Assembly (NCBI GenBank): GCA_018398765.1
Contig: JAHBMJ010000314.1
Span: 1-50,712, forward strand
Direction of reading: 5' to 3'
Length of the DNA stretch: 50,712 bases
From: Chromera velia
Taxonomy: Eukaryota
This document shows, one piece after another, positions 12,475 through 24,129 of the stretch (position 1 is its first letter; each line of letters starts with the position of its first letter). The notes under the pieces are model-generated. The model saw only the letters and a list, made by a program, of their open reading frames with translations, was not told the DNA's origin and searched no databases. The translations under genes were made by a program, and so were the position numbers.

Positions 12475-15044
12475 TGGTAGCAGAACGAAACGATCAGCCT
12501 CAGTGGAGTTCGCAGACCGTCCGTCTTAGGTCGTGAACACAGTCTCTGTCTGACAGTGCGAGGTCTCTTTGCAGCTTCACACAGCTTGCACTGACTACGC
12601 ACGCAACCACTGCAACAAACAGAAACGTACGAGTTCACTGCTTTGTCTTGTGAAAAGTTCTCAGAAGTCTTCAGTAGCATGTCGGTCATGTCGATCTGGG
12701 AACGTTTCGGAAATTTTCTTTTGCTTGTATATGAACTTCAAAAATTCAAGGACATTCCATCCGAAGAAGTGCAAGCGAACGGTGAGGGCCTCTTGAAGGA
12801 AGGGTTTGAGATTGCAGAGTGACTCTTAAAGTCCACAGGAGCCAGTAGACCGTCTGGTCCACCAACTGGGATTTCTGAGAAGCAGAGTGCAGTCCAACAT
12901 GCGACTTGACACACCGATACGGGCAAACCAAAAACTCGCAGAAGTCGCAGGTTGACAGAGGCGGCCTAGAAGAAAAAAGTGGCAGAGCAAACACAGTTTC
13001 AGCAATCATCTGAGCACTGTAATGCTGCTTGCCCAAAAAGTCCAGCAGGGAGAAAGAGGAAACAGAAAGTCCAGCAGCCCAGAGACGTCTTCTTTGAAGG
13101 TATGCGCAAGGCCCCAGGCGCACATGGAAATGCAAATCGAAGTAGAGAGAGGGGTGAAGCGTGCAAGCGAGGTTTTGGCAGTAATCAGTCGAAGATTTCT
13201 AGTCGCTCGCAACAACAGAGGAGGCCTGAGCGAGGGACAGAGAGAGAGGGAAGAATTATTCCACCAGGTACCCCAGGGTCTGAATTTCATGTGAGAGAGG
13301 AGGATGTGGATGGGGTCAAAGACACACTGGGCAATGGCGGTATTCGCGTAAGGCCGCACGGCTGTGCGCAGTCGGGCATCTCAAATCACTCGCAGTAGCA
13401 AACAGATGTGCAGATATCTGGGGTGCGAGAGGGAAGTGTTTCTGTGAGCTCCATGGGAGCCACACTCGCTGGAACTCCAAGCATGACGTTTAACTTCAGT
13501 CAGTCGTCCCAGAAAGAAGGCAGAGGGACGTGGGAAGTGCAAAAGGGGAGTGGGATTATCAATTCCGATGGGAGCATGTTCTTTGCGACGCCTCAGACGA
13601 CTTTTGATTTCGGTCAGAGCTCCCCTGTGATGGCTCTTGCCGGAAGGGATGGTCAAATAAATGAGCCCGCTCCGATGGATCTGTGCCGGATCGAAAAGAG
13701 TAAGAAGGACGAAGGAGGTATGGGAAAAGACTTGTTTGAATCGCTGTATGGAGTTGGGAGTTGGGAATTGAGAGAACAAACCCACTGCCAGTCTGAGAGA
13801 CTACATAGCCCGTCTCCGCAGCTCAATCGTTTGGAGAGAGGTGGGCAGGGAAATGACTTTGGGGGTAGGAGTCTGGGGAAAGCAGAGAGACAGAAACAAA
13901 AGCGCCAAGAAAAGAAAGAGAGAAAGAGGCAGGAAAAGCATGAAAGGGAAATGCTGGCTGTGAGGCAAACGAAGGAGACGGACAGCCCTTAGTCTCCTCT
14001 GCCTTCAATTAGTGAGGGAGTGGAGGAACCGGCAGTCTCGTCTGATGGTTTGATACCGTCTCATCAGGCCAGTCGTCGGCAAGAGAGAACGGAGGCGAAG
14101 AACAAAGAGAAAGAGAGAAGGCGAACAGCCCATGCAAAACCAAAGACGCCAGTCCTACCGCGTAATCCGCTCCAGTATGAGTATTAGGAGGATGTGTCTC
14201 TTCGTTTTCGGTTGGGAAGGGAGGACTTGATTTCAAATGTTCAGGGAATTGGCACTGCAGACTGGCATGCATTTTTGGCACGTCGTGGGTGTGGACAGAC
14301 AGGGGAGACATTTTACAGGGAGATGTATGGAAATAGAGGGGGTGTGATGCCGTATGTGCCAGAAGTGAGACCTGCAGTGCGGCAGATGAGGAGCGTGTAG
14401 ACTGCCCGCACCTCACCGCAGCCTTCTATCAGTCCACAATCTCCATTAAAATAGCGGCACCAAGCTGGAAGAGAATTGGACGAAACAGATGGCAGAGGGA
14501 CGGGGGTGATTGTAGGGCCAACCGATTGGGAAATGCAGTACTATGGCATCCAGTGGACTTCGTGAACAAAGGAGCGATTTTAAGCCGATATCTGTTTTCC
14601 GCCCTTTTGCGTCTGATTTTTTTTTCTTTGTTGTTGTCCTCATGCACGTCACACTCTCTCTGACCGAGTGTGGACGCGGCCTTGAAGGGGGAGGGGGCAT
14701 GTGCACTGGGTATACGGTGGAGTCAGTACGGATAGTGGTTGGGAGTAACTGTTGTGATTGTTTGACTGGAATGGACTATGAGCTGACGATGTAAAAGAGA
14801 AGAAGAGCCACAGAAAAGAAGGTAAAGGAAATTCTGAAAACAAAAATGAGAGAGATGAAAGAAAAGAAAAGAAAAGAAAAGAAAAGAAAGACGATCTTTG
14901 GTTTTCTACGACGCCGCAGGTATAAGGAAAAGCGATGATCTAATTAACAATCATCACTCCATTGCCCAAAAGAGTTGTATAAGAAGATTTACTTGCATTT
15001 TCCATGTAAGCCAGCATGGACGTGGCTTCAGGGGGGAGGTGGCA

Positions 15045-15298
15045 CATAACGTTGTGAGGCTAGCCAGCCGCGTAACGGTACGCGAAGCAGCATGTCAGGC
15101 TATATCGAGATACATGCAGTTTGAGCGTATTTGGATCTATGCAATTAAGCTACGCACATGCATGCAGTCAGCAGTGAGTCAAGCTTTCGTATAAAAGTCT
15201 ATAAGGGAGTATCTAGAAGTAAGAACCTTGTATAACAGAACTTTTTATACCAGATGAGCCCCGTATATCAGCTAGCCACTGCACCACACTTCGTAGCG
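15045..15298 (+). repeat. 3' LTR (254 bp)
   Basis: Direct repeat of 12221-12474, preceded by a PPT and followed by the TSD GAATG. Confidence 0.92.
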
Positions 15299-16861
15299 GA
15301 ATGCATAAAAAGGGGAGATAGGGAAGAAAGGGGCAACTTCCCCCTGTCTGCCTCTTTATTAGGACTATAGAGAGCTCTTCCATCTTCTTCACGTTCTTCT
15401 CTATTTCTTTTGTCTTCAAAGAATGGCCCCAAGGTACGGATATCCTGTCTGCCAAGAAGTGCCTTATGTGAAAAGATTGAGCCACTCCTAAGGGCATTGA
15501 CACTAAATTGGAAGGGTTTGACGGGGGGGGCCAACTCTGGCAGAGGGTTATTTAAATGGAAGAAAAATTGATGATCTCTGGCACCGGCTTTTAGTATGCT
15601 CCAATTGGGTAGAAGCGAGAAATAAACTAAACAAAGTAGTAGAAGGAAAGAAAGTGAAGCAAAGGATTCAGAAAGAAGGAATTGAGGGATCGGATGCAGC
15701 CAAAACAGAAGCGAGGAAGATGCTGCTTTTGGCTTTACAAGTTGATCCGTATGAAGCATGCAGAGCCGTTTGTGATCTTTGTTACTCACTGTGGACGCCT
15801 GTTTCTGTATAAACATGACCTTTTCTTCTTCTGTTCGAGTCTTCTATTGCCACCTCCAATACACATGCTGCTCGTGAGCTCACCAAACGAGCACTTCAAG
15901 GGATCTTGCGCTTAGCCTTATCTCTAGAGTTGAGTGATTGACGATCTCTTGCATGAACATGGGCTGCTGGGAGCACGGCTCTACTCTAGCAAAGGCAACT
16001 TCATTCATTCATTCATAAATCTTATACTAGATCTTACATATATAAAACTGTAATAAAGACCGTGACTAACGAAGACTAACATTAAAAAAGAAGAAAGAAT
16101 GTTTCTAAAAAGCCCTTCTAGCCCAATAACCTGGAGAAGAGATTTTGTTTTTTTTATCCTTCAAAAGTTGGATAGATGATTGAAGCGATCTCGGCTCCTC
16201 ACTAGGCTTGGAGTTCCTTTATGATTTCTGAGCAAGAAGAGCTGAGCTGACATGATTAGCATGCAGGAAGCTGAACAGAGGGCAAAGGATTCGACCAATC
16301 TGCGACTCTGTGAGTATCCCTCTGTGGCTCTACGTGGCCCTCTGCGTACCGGCCCTCAGTGAACTGACAGAGCTCAAACAAAAATGCAACACATACATGG
16401 AGCCAATCGTTTCAGAGTGGCCCAACGCAAACAAGAATACCGCTGCGGCGCGCAAAGGCATGCGAAGACACACAACGTACTGACACTTACAGAAGAAAAA
16501 ATTCGAGATATCATGACCGCCATTATCATAGCCCCACTATAACTTTACGGAAATTCAGTTAGTAAATAAAGATGGAACAAACGAAAGAAACGTTACAAAG
16601 CCTACCGACACTGGCCGTACGTGACGCTTCCTTTCCTGTCTCAACCCACATACATGCATGTACAACCTTTTCCTACCTGACGATCATTCTCACTTGCTGA
16701 AGGACGACATATCTTGCGAACATCCAACATTCAGAAGGTAAGTACACTTTCTGCGAGAGACGGATAAGCAGAACTGCATGTGAGTATATATATCCATATA
16801 CATATGTACTGCAACTCCGTCAACTGACTTACAGTAGAGAAACGCTCCTCTTTCTGAGACC

Positions 16862-17722
16862 CTATTCTTTTTGACAAAGCCTGAACCTCCCATGGAACCT
16901 CCCAAGGTCATACCTCCTGAGCATCATCGAATTGCAAACAATATGCTGGTGCCACCCAGTGGCCCGCCAGAATATATGTATCTGGCAGGACATCTGTAGT
17001 CTGCATACCCGCCGCATGATCTACCGCTCGGGTTGATCGGTCGCTGTGGAATCTGGACACACGAACCAATGTTCCCAGTATTACTCCGAGGGACACCTTG
17101 CCAGGGGTGGGTTTCCATACCACTCTGTCTGCTTGAGATTGTCCTCGTCCTCGTCATCGTAAGTCGGAACCTCTACAGCCTCACTGGAGGCACTCTCCCA
17201 CTGATTCATGATGGGCATCTGAAAACTTACCATTACAAAAGGGCGGTCCAACACGAAGGGCCCGGCAATAAATCCAAAATTTTGTTTAACATTCTCGGAA
17301 GGGGGCAAGGGATGCAGCCTCTGCAGACGACATGTGTTGCATCGCCTGTCATACCAGTTTCCATTCACCGTGCCGTAAAACGGCCCACGACCGATGTAGA
17401 TGTACCCTGCATGCTCCATCTCCTCTCGTGTCAGCTGTGGGTAGCGGCACCGCTGGTCGTACCATGCCCCATTCACGCGCCCGTAGTTTTGCTTGTTCGG
17501 GTCATGTACGACATCACCTTCAGGAGTCGGGTGGCCTCCGGCCAGAAAAAGCGAGAGAGAGGTGATCACCCCACTCTGACTCACTTCGGAGACAAGATAA
17601 AGGGCTCTCTTGAGTTCCTCAGTAGGAAGAGATACGGAACCGACGTCGCTCTGTGCACTTCTTCCCTCAGACAGTGCAACCAGCGCTGCGCTGACGGCAA
17701 AAACTGCCGCTTCAAAACGTAT
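16862..17722 (-). pseudogene. Probable pseudogene of a secreted Cys/Trp-rich protein
   Basis: Signal-peptide-like RFEAAVFAVSAALVALSEG is preceded by ATA (17722-17720) where ATG would be expected. Internal repeat YGxVNGxWYDxRC occurs twice. The same frame continues through stops TAA (17083-17081), TAG (17023-17021) and TAG (16864-16862). Confidence 0.5.
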
Positions 17723-18499
17723 ATATAAAAAAATCTGGGATTTGTCCTGTACTGGCAATCGGAGAATTCAAAAGTCTGGCGCACACAAGAAAAGAAAGTT
17801 CTTCGATTCTGATATATACACAGCTACGGATATATATATGTATGTATATCGAGAGCTTCGGATCTCTGGCAAAAAGAATAAAAGCAACAATACCACCTGT
17901 TTGTCCACTATCAACAAACAACTGTATACATTCCTGCCATGGGCTTGTGCTGACACTCACGCAAGCTATAGAGTTCGAATTGTTCAAGAAGTCGGAGGAT
18001 CATTTGGTTCCCATGCATGCAGCTATGATATTAAACGAGGGTTCGTGGATGCATAGCATATCCCAGCATACCGGCCGTTAGTTGGCATGGTATTGGGTAT
18101 CGTGCCTAGGCTAGTTTCTTTCTAATCTACCCTAATCTATCCACCCTTAGTTTCTGACTCTGCTTGCCTCTCTATCGCGTTTTTTTTTCTAGTTTCTCTT
18201 TTACATCAACTTCAATCGCCCCTGCCGGCCCGAAATTGACCCGGAATCACTTAACTCACTCTCAAGCAACGACTTTTCACTGAGTTTTCAACAAACGACT
18301 CTTTCTTTCCGATTCTTTTCTCTCTCTAACTCTTTACTTCTTTACGCTTCTCCATCGTTCTCCGTTCATTCAATCAGCTCGGTCTTCACTTCACCCTGTC
18401 CTTCACTTACCGTTGGCGTCCCCTGCCCCCTGCGCGGAGACAGAAAACGCTACCACGTTGTGAGCCAGCAATGGCCCCGCTTGGAAAGGACCTTTTCTC

Positions 18500-18860
18500 C
18501 CTCTCTATGAGTGAATGGAAAAAAGCACGTTTGCTGCCACAAATCTCTGCAAGGTGCACAACAGAATTTTGAAGTACTGTTATATCAGTCTGCCCTGGAC
18601 TGCTGCAAAGTCTTCACCCCCCCTCATTCTGCTTGCTGCGTGATTTACTACAGTTGTCAAAAGCTCCACCGTCCTCTTCTCTGGCCTTCCATATGTTTCA
18701 AACACCAGCGGAACAAATTCGAGGCCTAGCTCTTTGCAGATGGCCTTGTACTTCCTGTCCTTCACCGTTTCCATGTCTCTGGCTGCTGCCCCTACATAAT
18801 TGGACATTTGATGCAGGCGGGCTGCATCCACAGACATGGGATGAGTAACGGACACGTGAT
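18500..18860 (-). mobile_element. 3' relic of an RLE-type (CRE/R2-like) non-LTR retrotransposon: restriction-like endonuclease domain
   Basis: VSVTHP...AAARDMETVKDRKY...LEFVPLVFETYGR matches the D-V-x-V / K-x-x-K-Y / F-x-P-x-V-x-E-T-x-G pattern of RLE endonucleases. Confidence 0.75.
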
Positions 18861-18880
18861 ATCCTTTCTCTTTTTTTTTT

Positions 18881-19262
18881 TGATTGAGGTTTTTGTTATG
18901 CATGCCGCGTCCCCGTATATGAGGGGCGGATCTAGTTTAGTCTGTCAAAAGGTTCCGGTTCATCCCATCTGTTCTGAATCAAGGAACGCTGCTCATTGAT
19001 CACTTTTACTGTGGTTTATTTCTTAAGCGGCGGTAGAGTAGGACTCGGAGAACAACGAAAAGAGGGGAGAGGCAGGTTTTTTTTTTTAGATTGTGATTGA
19101 GGTTTTTGTTATGCATGCCGCATCCCTGTATATCAGGGGTGGCTCTAGCCTAGTCTATCAAAAGGTTCCGGTTTGTCCCGTCTGTTCTGAATCTAGGAAC
19201 ACTGCTCATTGATCACTTTTACTGCAGTTTATTTCTTAAGCGGCGCTAGAGTAGGACTCGGA
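18881..19262 (-). repeat. Two diverged ~169-bp copies (18881-19049, 19094-19262), each followed by poly(A) on the minus strand
   Basis: The copies align directly; T-runs at 18871-18881 and ~19077-19087. Confidence 0.85.
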
Positions 19263-19658
19263 TCTGGATTTTTGTTACATCGATTTTGTTGTGCATGGGT
19301 GACTCATGTGAAACGACTCCTGCATGTGCAAAACACGATCCTGCAGCGCGGACATGCATGCAAGGCCGGATAGGGATATCATGGGGATACCCAACGGATG
19401 CAAATGGTACGTTGAAGTTAAGATGTCGAAAGCCAGAGCAAAGTCTGAAGCGACTCGGTCGCATTTAACCACAGTTAAATTTGCTGTATAGTTTCTGCTC
19501 CCCAGAACTATTCTGGTTGTACCAGCATCTGTCCTACACTTTTTTGTAAGCCAGACTGAGCGGTGAGATCTTTCTCTACTATATTCTATTCCGTCTCATT
19601 TCTGTTCCCACTTGTGCCTTTCGACCTTAGCCCGTCAGGCTCGCTTGAGGTAGCCAAG

Positions 19659-21088
19659 ATGAGTGAGAATCTTCTCCCGATAATGGAAGACTATTTGCAG
19701 GAATTGGAGGCGTGGAGAGCCTCCTTCTTCTCTTCCCTCCACATCGCATTTCAGGGCATTGAGTTTGTCAAGAACCTCATGAGAGGAAAGGCGGCAGAAA
19801 GCACCGGTGCGGCCGCTGCTGCTGCCACTGTCGCTCCATATGTTAATGAGAAGGATGTTTCTGATTTGAAGGAAATAAAAAAGATGGGAGAGGAGTTTTT
19901 GAGGAAAGTGTCTGGCCGTTTTTGAAAGCTGGTAAGCAGGTGGTTTGAGATTGACTTGTCTAGTTTCTCTCAGGGGGGATGCAGAAGATAGGTAAAATCA
20001 TTCGTTCCTTCTGTGCAGTTGCCCCAGAAGATTTTCAGAGAGAGTTCTCTGCCTATTTAGAAGGCAGACAAAATGAAGACGACGTTCGCCTGTTCCTGAA
20101 AGCAGGTGTAGATATGAATGGGTTGGTAGGGGGGCGGACGGTGCTGATGAGGGCCATCTGTACTGATAGTATGGATGGCTTTTAGATGATTCTGGAAGAA
20201 AATCCAGACTTGGAAGTGAGGGCAGGGTTGCAGTTTCATATGGGAGGGGGTGGAAACACTCCCTCTTCCATCAAAGCTGGGGATACCGCTGTGATGGTCG
20301 CCTATCGTCATCATCATTGGCCTATGGTTCGCGCCCTCCTTGCAGAGGGGGCAGATGTAGAAGCAAAAGATGCGAGGGGCCAAACCCTTCTTCAAATCGC
20401 CTGCAGAGCTCTGAGAACCGCAGATTCCGATGGTGGGGAGGGCGGGGACCGTGCGGTATGTCCTGTAACTCCCGTTCTGACAGATATCCTTCGGGATGTG
20501 ATTGTGAAGACATCCGATGTTTAGAGCATCCAGTGTTCACCTTCACCAGATCTAGAGTTAGACAGCATGCCCTTTCTGCACTTTTTCACCTAGTGTGGTT
20601 ATGAAGAGTTGGTGGAATTGCTTTTATCCTGGGGGATGGAAATTAATCAATTTTACTAGTCAGGCCGCAACCGATTTACAGCTTTACACGTTGCTACGAG
20701 GAGAAAACATCCTGCAGTTTTGTAGCTTCTGCTTGACAGAGGCGCAGATATGTATTGGCTTGACGTAGATGGTGATACAGCGCTGATCAACCTGTTTTAT
20801 TTTAATTGGTTCCAGATCGGCGATGTAGCAGTGCAGAGATGTGCTGAGATCTTTCTTGATCACAATGTCAATGTGAACTTGCAGGGAGGGGGCAACCGTT
20901 GGACAGCTCTTCACAGGGCTGCCAGGGAGGGAAACATTGCAAAAGAGATCGTGAAACTCCTCGTGGAAAGGGGTGCCAACACGGAGACGCAAGATTTGGG
21001 AGGGAGGACACCCCGCGATCTAGTGCCTCCCGGCAACCCAGAGCTGCTAAGGCTTCTAAGCCCGGCAGCGGTGCAGACGACTGCATAA
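19659..21088 (+). pseudogene. Intronless ankyrin-repeat protein pseudogene
   Basis: Ankyrin motifs GRTVLMRA, GDTAVMVA..VRALLAEGADVEAKDARGQTLLQIA, FTALHVA..LLLDRGAD, WTALHRAAREG..IVKLLVERGANTETQDLGGRTP. Lesions: TGA at 19923, a frameshift near the G-run at ~19973-19978, and in-frame TAG at 20183, 20522, 20591, 20657 and 20723. Confidence 0.9.
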
Positions 21089-21999
21089 GAATCTGTGCTA
21101 GAGTCTCTACCAGTTTTGAAGCTCAAGCGGGGAGGCAGTGTTGCGTATCTACGCCTACAGAACCACGCGCAGAGGTGGTTTCTTGTATATGACGGGGTCA
21201 GAAAAAGGTTTGAAAAACAACTGCTTTAATTTACAGAATTTAAACTAGAAACGTATAGAAATTGCAACAGCAGAATCGATTTTTCATTCAAATATAGTAA
21301 TTAAACATTAAAAATATTTTATGATGGCATAGCATAGCAGGATGTTTAATGGTTCTAGCCACAGTAAAAAACCTGGCCCGTAAGAGCTTATATAGAGTTT
21401 AACTTTAAAATTTTATATGAAATGTTCTATATTTGAGTCTTAGTAGTAGATTTATCTGATTTGAGTTCAAATCAATTAAAGTAAAATTTAATCAAATTAA
21501 ATCGATTGGCAAATTTAGTAGAATTAACTAATTTAATTAATATTTCATTAATCACTAGCATGATCATTACTATCAGTGGTCCATCATGCAGTCAATAGAC
21601 AAGTCAGCAATGTACGACTCGATCACATATCCCATCCATAGTGCTGGCTAGCTATGGTATAGGCAAACACATGTTTTTGCTTCTCAGGAGAAGCTAGAGG
21701 AGAAGGCCGAACTTGAACATATATACAGGGAGAGCAGAGTTTAAGGCTGTTCATATAAGAGTCTATTAAATGCACAAACCCAGAGATCAAAATTTGTCTG
21801 AGAAAAAATCCTAGAAAAAATCGTACATGACATTATAAGCTATTATTCATAATGACCTAGACAATCACTAACACAATCAATCAATCAATACTAGACTATC
21901 ACTGATGATAATAATACTGATGAAGTTGACTAAACCCGGCAGCCATCGTATCCTAATGGTAGAGGGCAGTCTGAGTATACATGCATTGTTAGCCTAGAA

Positions 22000-24040
22000 G
22001 CATAAAAGCTCGCTCAGAGAGGCCACACTGAGTCAACTAGAAACTAGCAATCCCTTCATTGACAAGAGGAGTAAGAGATACCACTCACTTACCACTCAGC
22101 CTCTTCCTGCCTGGGAGGCCCGACAAAATTAAGGAACTCGCATAGAAAAGGACTACCCTGGGCCACAGACCCCCTTCTGTTTTCTAACCGCGTGCAACGC
22201 TTTCTAAAGTGCCTCAAGTGGGAGAGGACTTCTAGGGGGGGGACCTGCTGGGCTACCGTAACGTCTTAAAAGCCCAACCGACTCCGCCGGATACCGCCTT
22301 CCCGAGGTGGCCGAGGGGGAAGACGCCTAGGAGCCCCAAAAAAGCCCTTAGACACCCGAAAGGAAAACACTACAAGTTGAACGCAGAAGAAAAGAAAGAG
22401 AGGTCCAATAGCAAACATTATAATACAGTATATAAACCTCCCACCAGCCCTCTCCCCCCGAAGGACAAGCCACCTTAATCTGTAGACTTCCCCATTACTT
22501 CATGTTCTTTTTTCAGCATACGTGTTTTCCTTGGTTAAAAAATATCCGAGACTAGAAAACGAGAGACAAACACAAACCGTGAGAGCCCAACCTACAGCCA
22601 GCCCTCATTTTTCAACTTATGTTAACCGTAATCCCCTTTTTCAACTCAAAACAATTCCTTCTTCTTCCAACGATAGAGAGAGGGAGATTTTCTTAACTTT
22701 AAGTTGCTTTTCTTATCAGCCCCCCTCCTTCTCCTTTTCCAGCCCTCCATCTCCTTTCTTCTTTTTGTTCTTCTTATTTGTCCGTCTACTGTCTCTTCCC
22801 GCCTCTGCATGGTTTTTTTCTTTGACAGACAGTCCCGCCCTCAGTTCTATCTGCGGAGCATCGGCACCCCTCTTCCCCGTGAGAGGCCTCAAAGTTTGAG
22901 GCATGTGCATGTTTTGCCTCTTCCTAAACCCCGCCGCCGATTGGGTTGATACCGAAGGAACACAATGACTATCCATAGATCGGACCGGCATCACCGGACT
23001 GGGCTGATCCTGGTCTCGGAATCGAGGCTATGGAGGTCTGCATGCTATAGGAGTGCCGGGTGGCGGCTCTAAACAGTAGCTGACCCTCGGAGGCGGTGTT
23101 TTATCGACATTCGCTGAAACACGAGTTGGGAAAGAAGCGTGGCCGGAAGGGGGGGCTGCCGAAGCAGCCGAGGCGGCCTGCCGGGCCTGGGAGACGGGAG
23201 CTGTTTTGGTTGGGAACGCAGGTTGCTTTGGTACTGGAGGATGAAAAAGAGCAGAAGACAGGAGGGGCGACTTCTTTTGAGACAAGGCAGACCAAGAAGC
23301 TTTGCGTCGCTCCTTTGCTGCAACAAGCTGGGCTTTTGTCTTCGCCAGTCTCATCATGAAAGAAACAACGGTCTTCTCATTTGCAGTAATCTCTCCATGG
23401 AAACCCTGCGGCTGAAATAGAGAAGAAAAGTTCTGAGCGCATCTCTTGTTGAAGAACTCAAGCACTGTGCCATTTAGGTAAGAGTGCATGTCAACAATGT
23501 CATGCCTGGGCTAAAATTCCCCCCAGGTTCCTCAAATACGAGTGAAAACGTCCATCTTCATCCAGAATTTGGAGCCAGAGTCACGAAAAAGAGCTTTGTC
23601 TTCACTGAAACGCTTGGAGTGAACGGTTGGGGAGGAGATCAAAACCTAAGAGGACTTTACGGTTCGTGTTCTGTCGCCTCTTTGTCTTTTCAAAAAGCTT
23701 ATCGAATCGGTTCTCAAGAAAAGGTCAGATGATCCTTATGAGAAGTGAGTTGAGACGTGTGCGTCTGCTGCGTTGCCTACAGATCATTCACATCTTTGGA
23801 AAGAGAGTCAATTCCTTCATCAACAGTTGCTTCTCTTGCAGCAGCCTTGAAAGCCGCAACCCACTTCTGCAGGGGATCTTCAGGGAGTTCAGTTGACATT
23901 AGAAAGGAATTGCTTGGAGATGGTAAGTTGCTAAAAGCTTTGAACGACCAGAACTCGGTGAAGACGCAACCTTTTTCGAAGCGGAAAGCAGTTTTCGAAG
24001 ACTGTTGTGAAGAGCTGTGCTGCTGAGGTGGTCTCAAATG
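22000..24040 (-). mobile_element. Heavily degenerate retroelement-like relic (possible LINE ORF1 region)
   Basis: Fragmented minus-strand ORFs (23777-24037, 23028-23489) with coiled-coil-like and Pro/Ala-rich segments. EKTKRRQN..KVLLGF loosely resembles LINE ORF1 RRxNxxIxG. No catalytic motif seen. Confidence 0.3.
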
Positions 24041-24129
24041 TGGTCAGATGTGGTCTATTACTAGAAATTAAAAAGATAAATATTCTAAGCCGCTTTTTAG
24101 GCAGTATTACGGTATCACAGACGATACTA

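Larger units (their letters stand above)
12221..15298 (+). mobile_element. Non-autonomous/degenerate LTR retroelement (3078 bp) with gag-like remnant and no recognisable pol
   Basis: 254-bp direct repeats at 12221-12474 and 15045-15298; 5-bp TSD GAATG (12216-12220, 15299-15303); PBS TGGTAGCAGA at 12475, complementary to the initiator tRNA-Met 3' end; purine tract AGGGGGGAGG at 15030-15039; PAPMDL motif (gypsy gag-like) in ORF 13408-13992. Confidence 0.9.
10990..16016 (+). mobile_element. 5'-truncated non-LTR retrotransposon (LINE), RT domain at ~11030-12013, interrupted by the LTR element at 12221-15298
   Basis: RT motifs QIGFRKG, FIDFSKAFDSI, VKQGDALSPSLF, YADDLVLF, GLNVNLKKTKV, YKYLG. Degenerate sequence continues past the LTR insertion, with a possible CCHC remnant (KHDLFFFC, ~15810) and a (TTCA)n tail at ~16000-16016. 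The 3' extent is inferred. Confidence 0.8.

Noticed and set aside
14520..14590. WHPVDF as a gypsy RNase H remnant
   Set aside because: The match is too short and lacks the upstream DAS motif; it cannot support a pol call.
19979..21088. TAG reassigned to Gln (ciliate-like genetic code) or programmed readthrough as the explanation for serial TAG stops
   Set aside because: The anoctamin ends at TAG and RPS15 at TAA, the intact genes have no internal TAG, and the affected ORFs also carry TGA stops and frameshifts.
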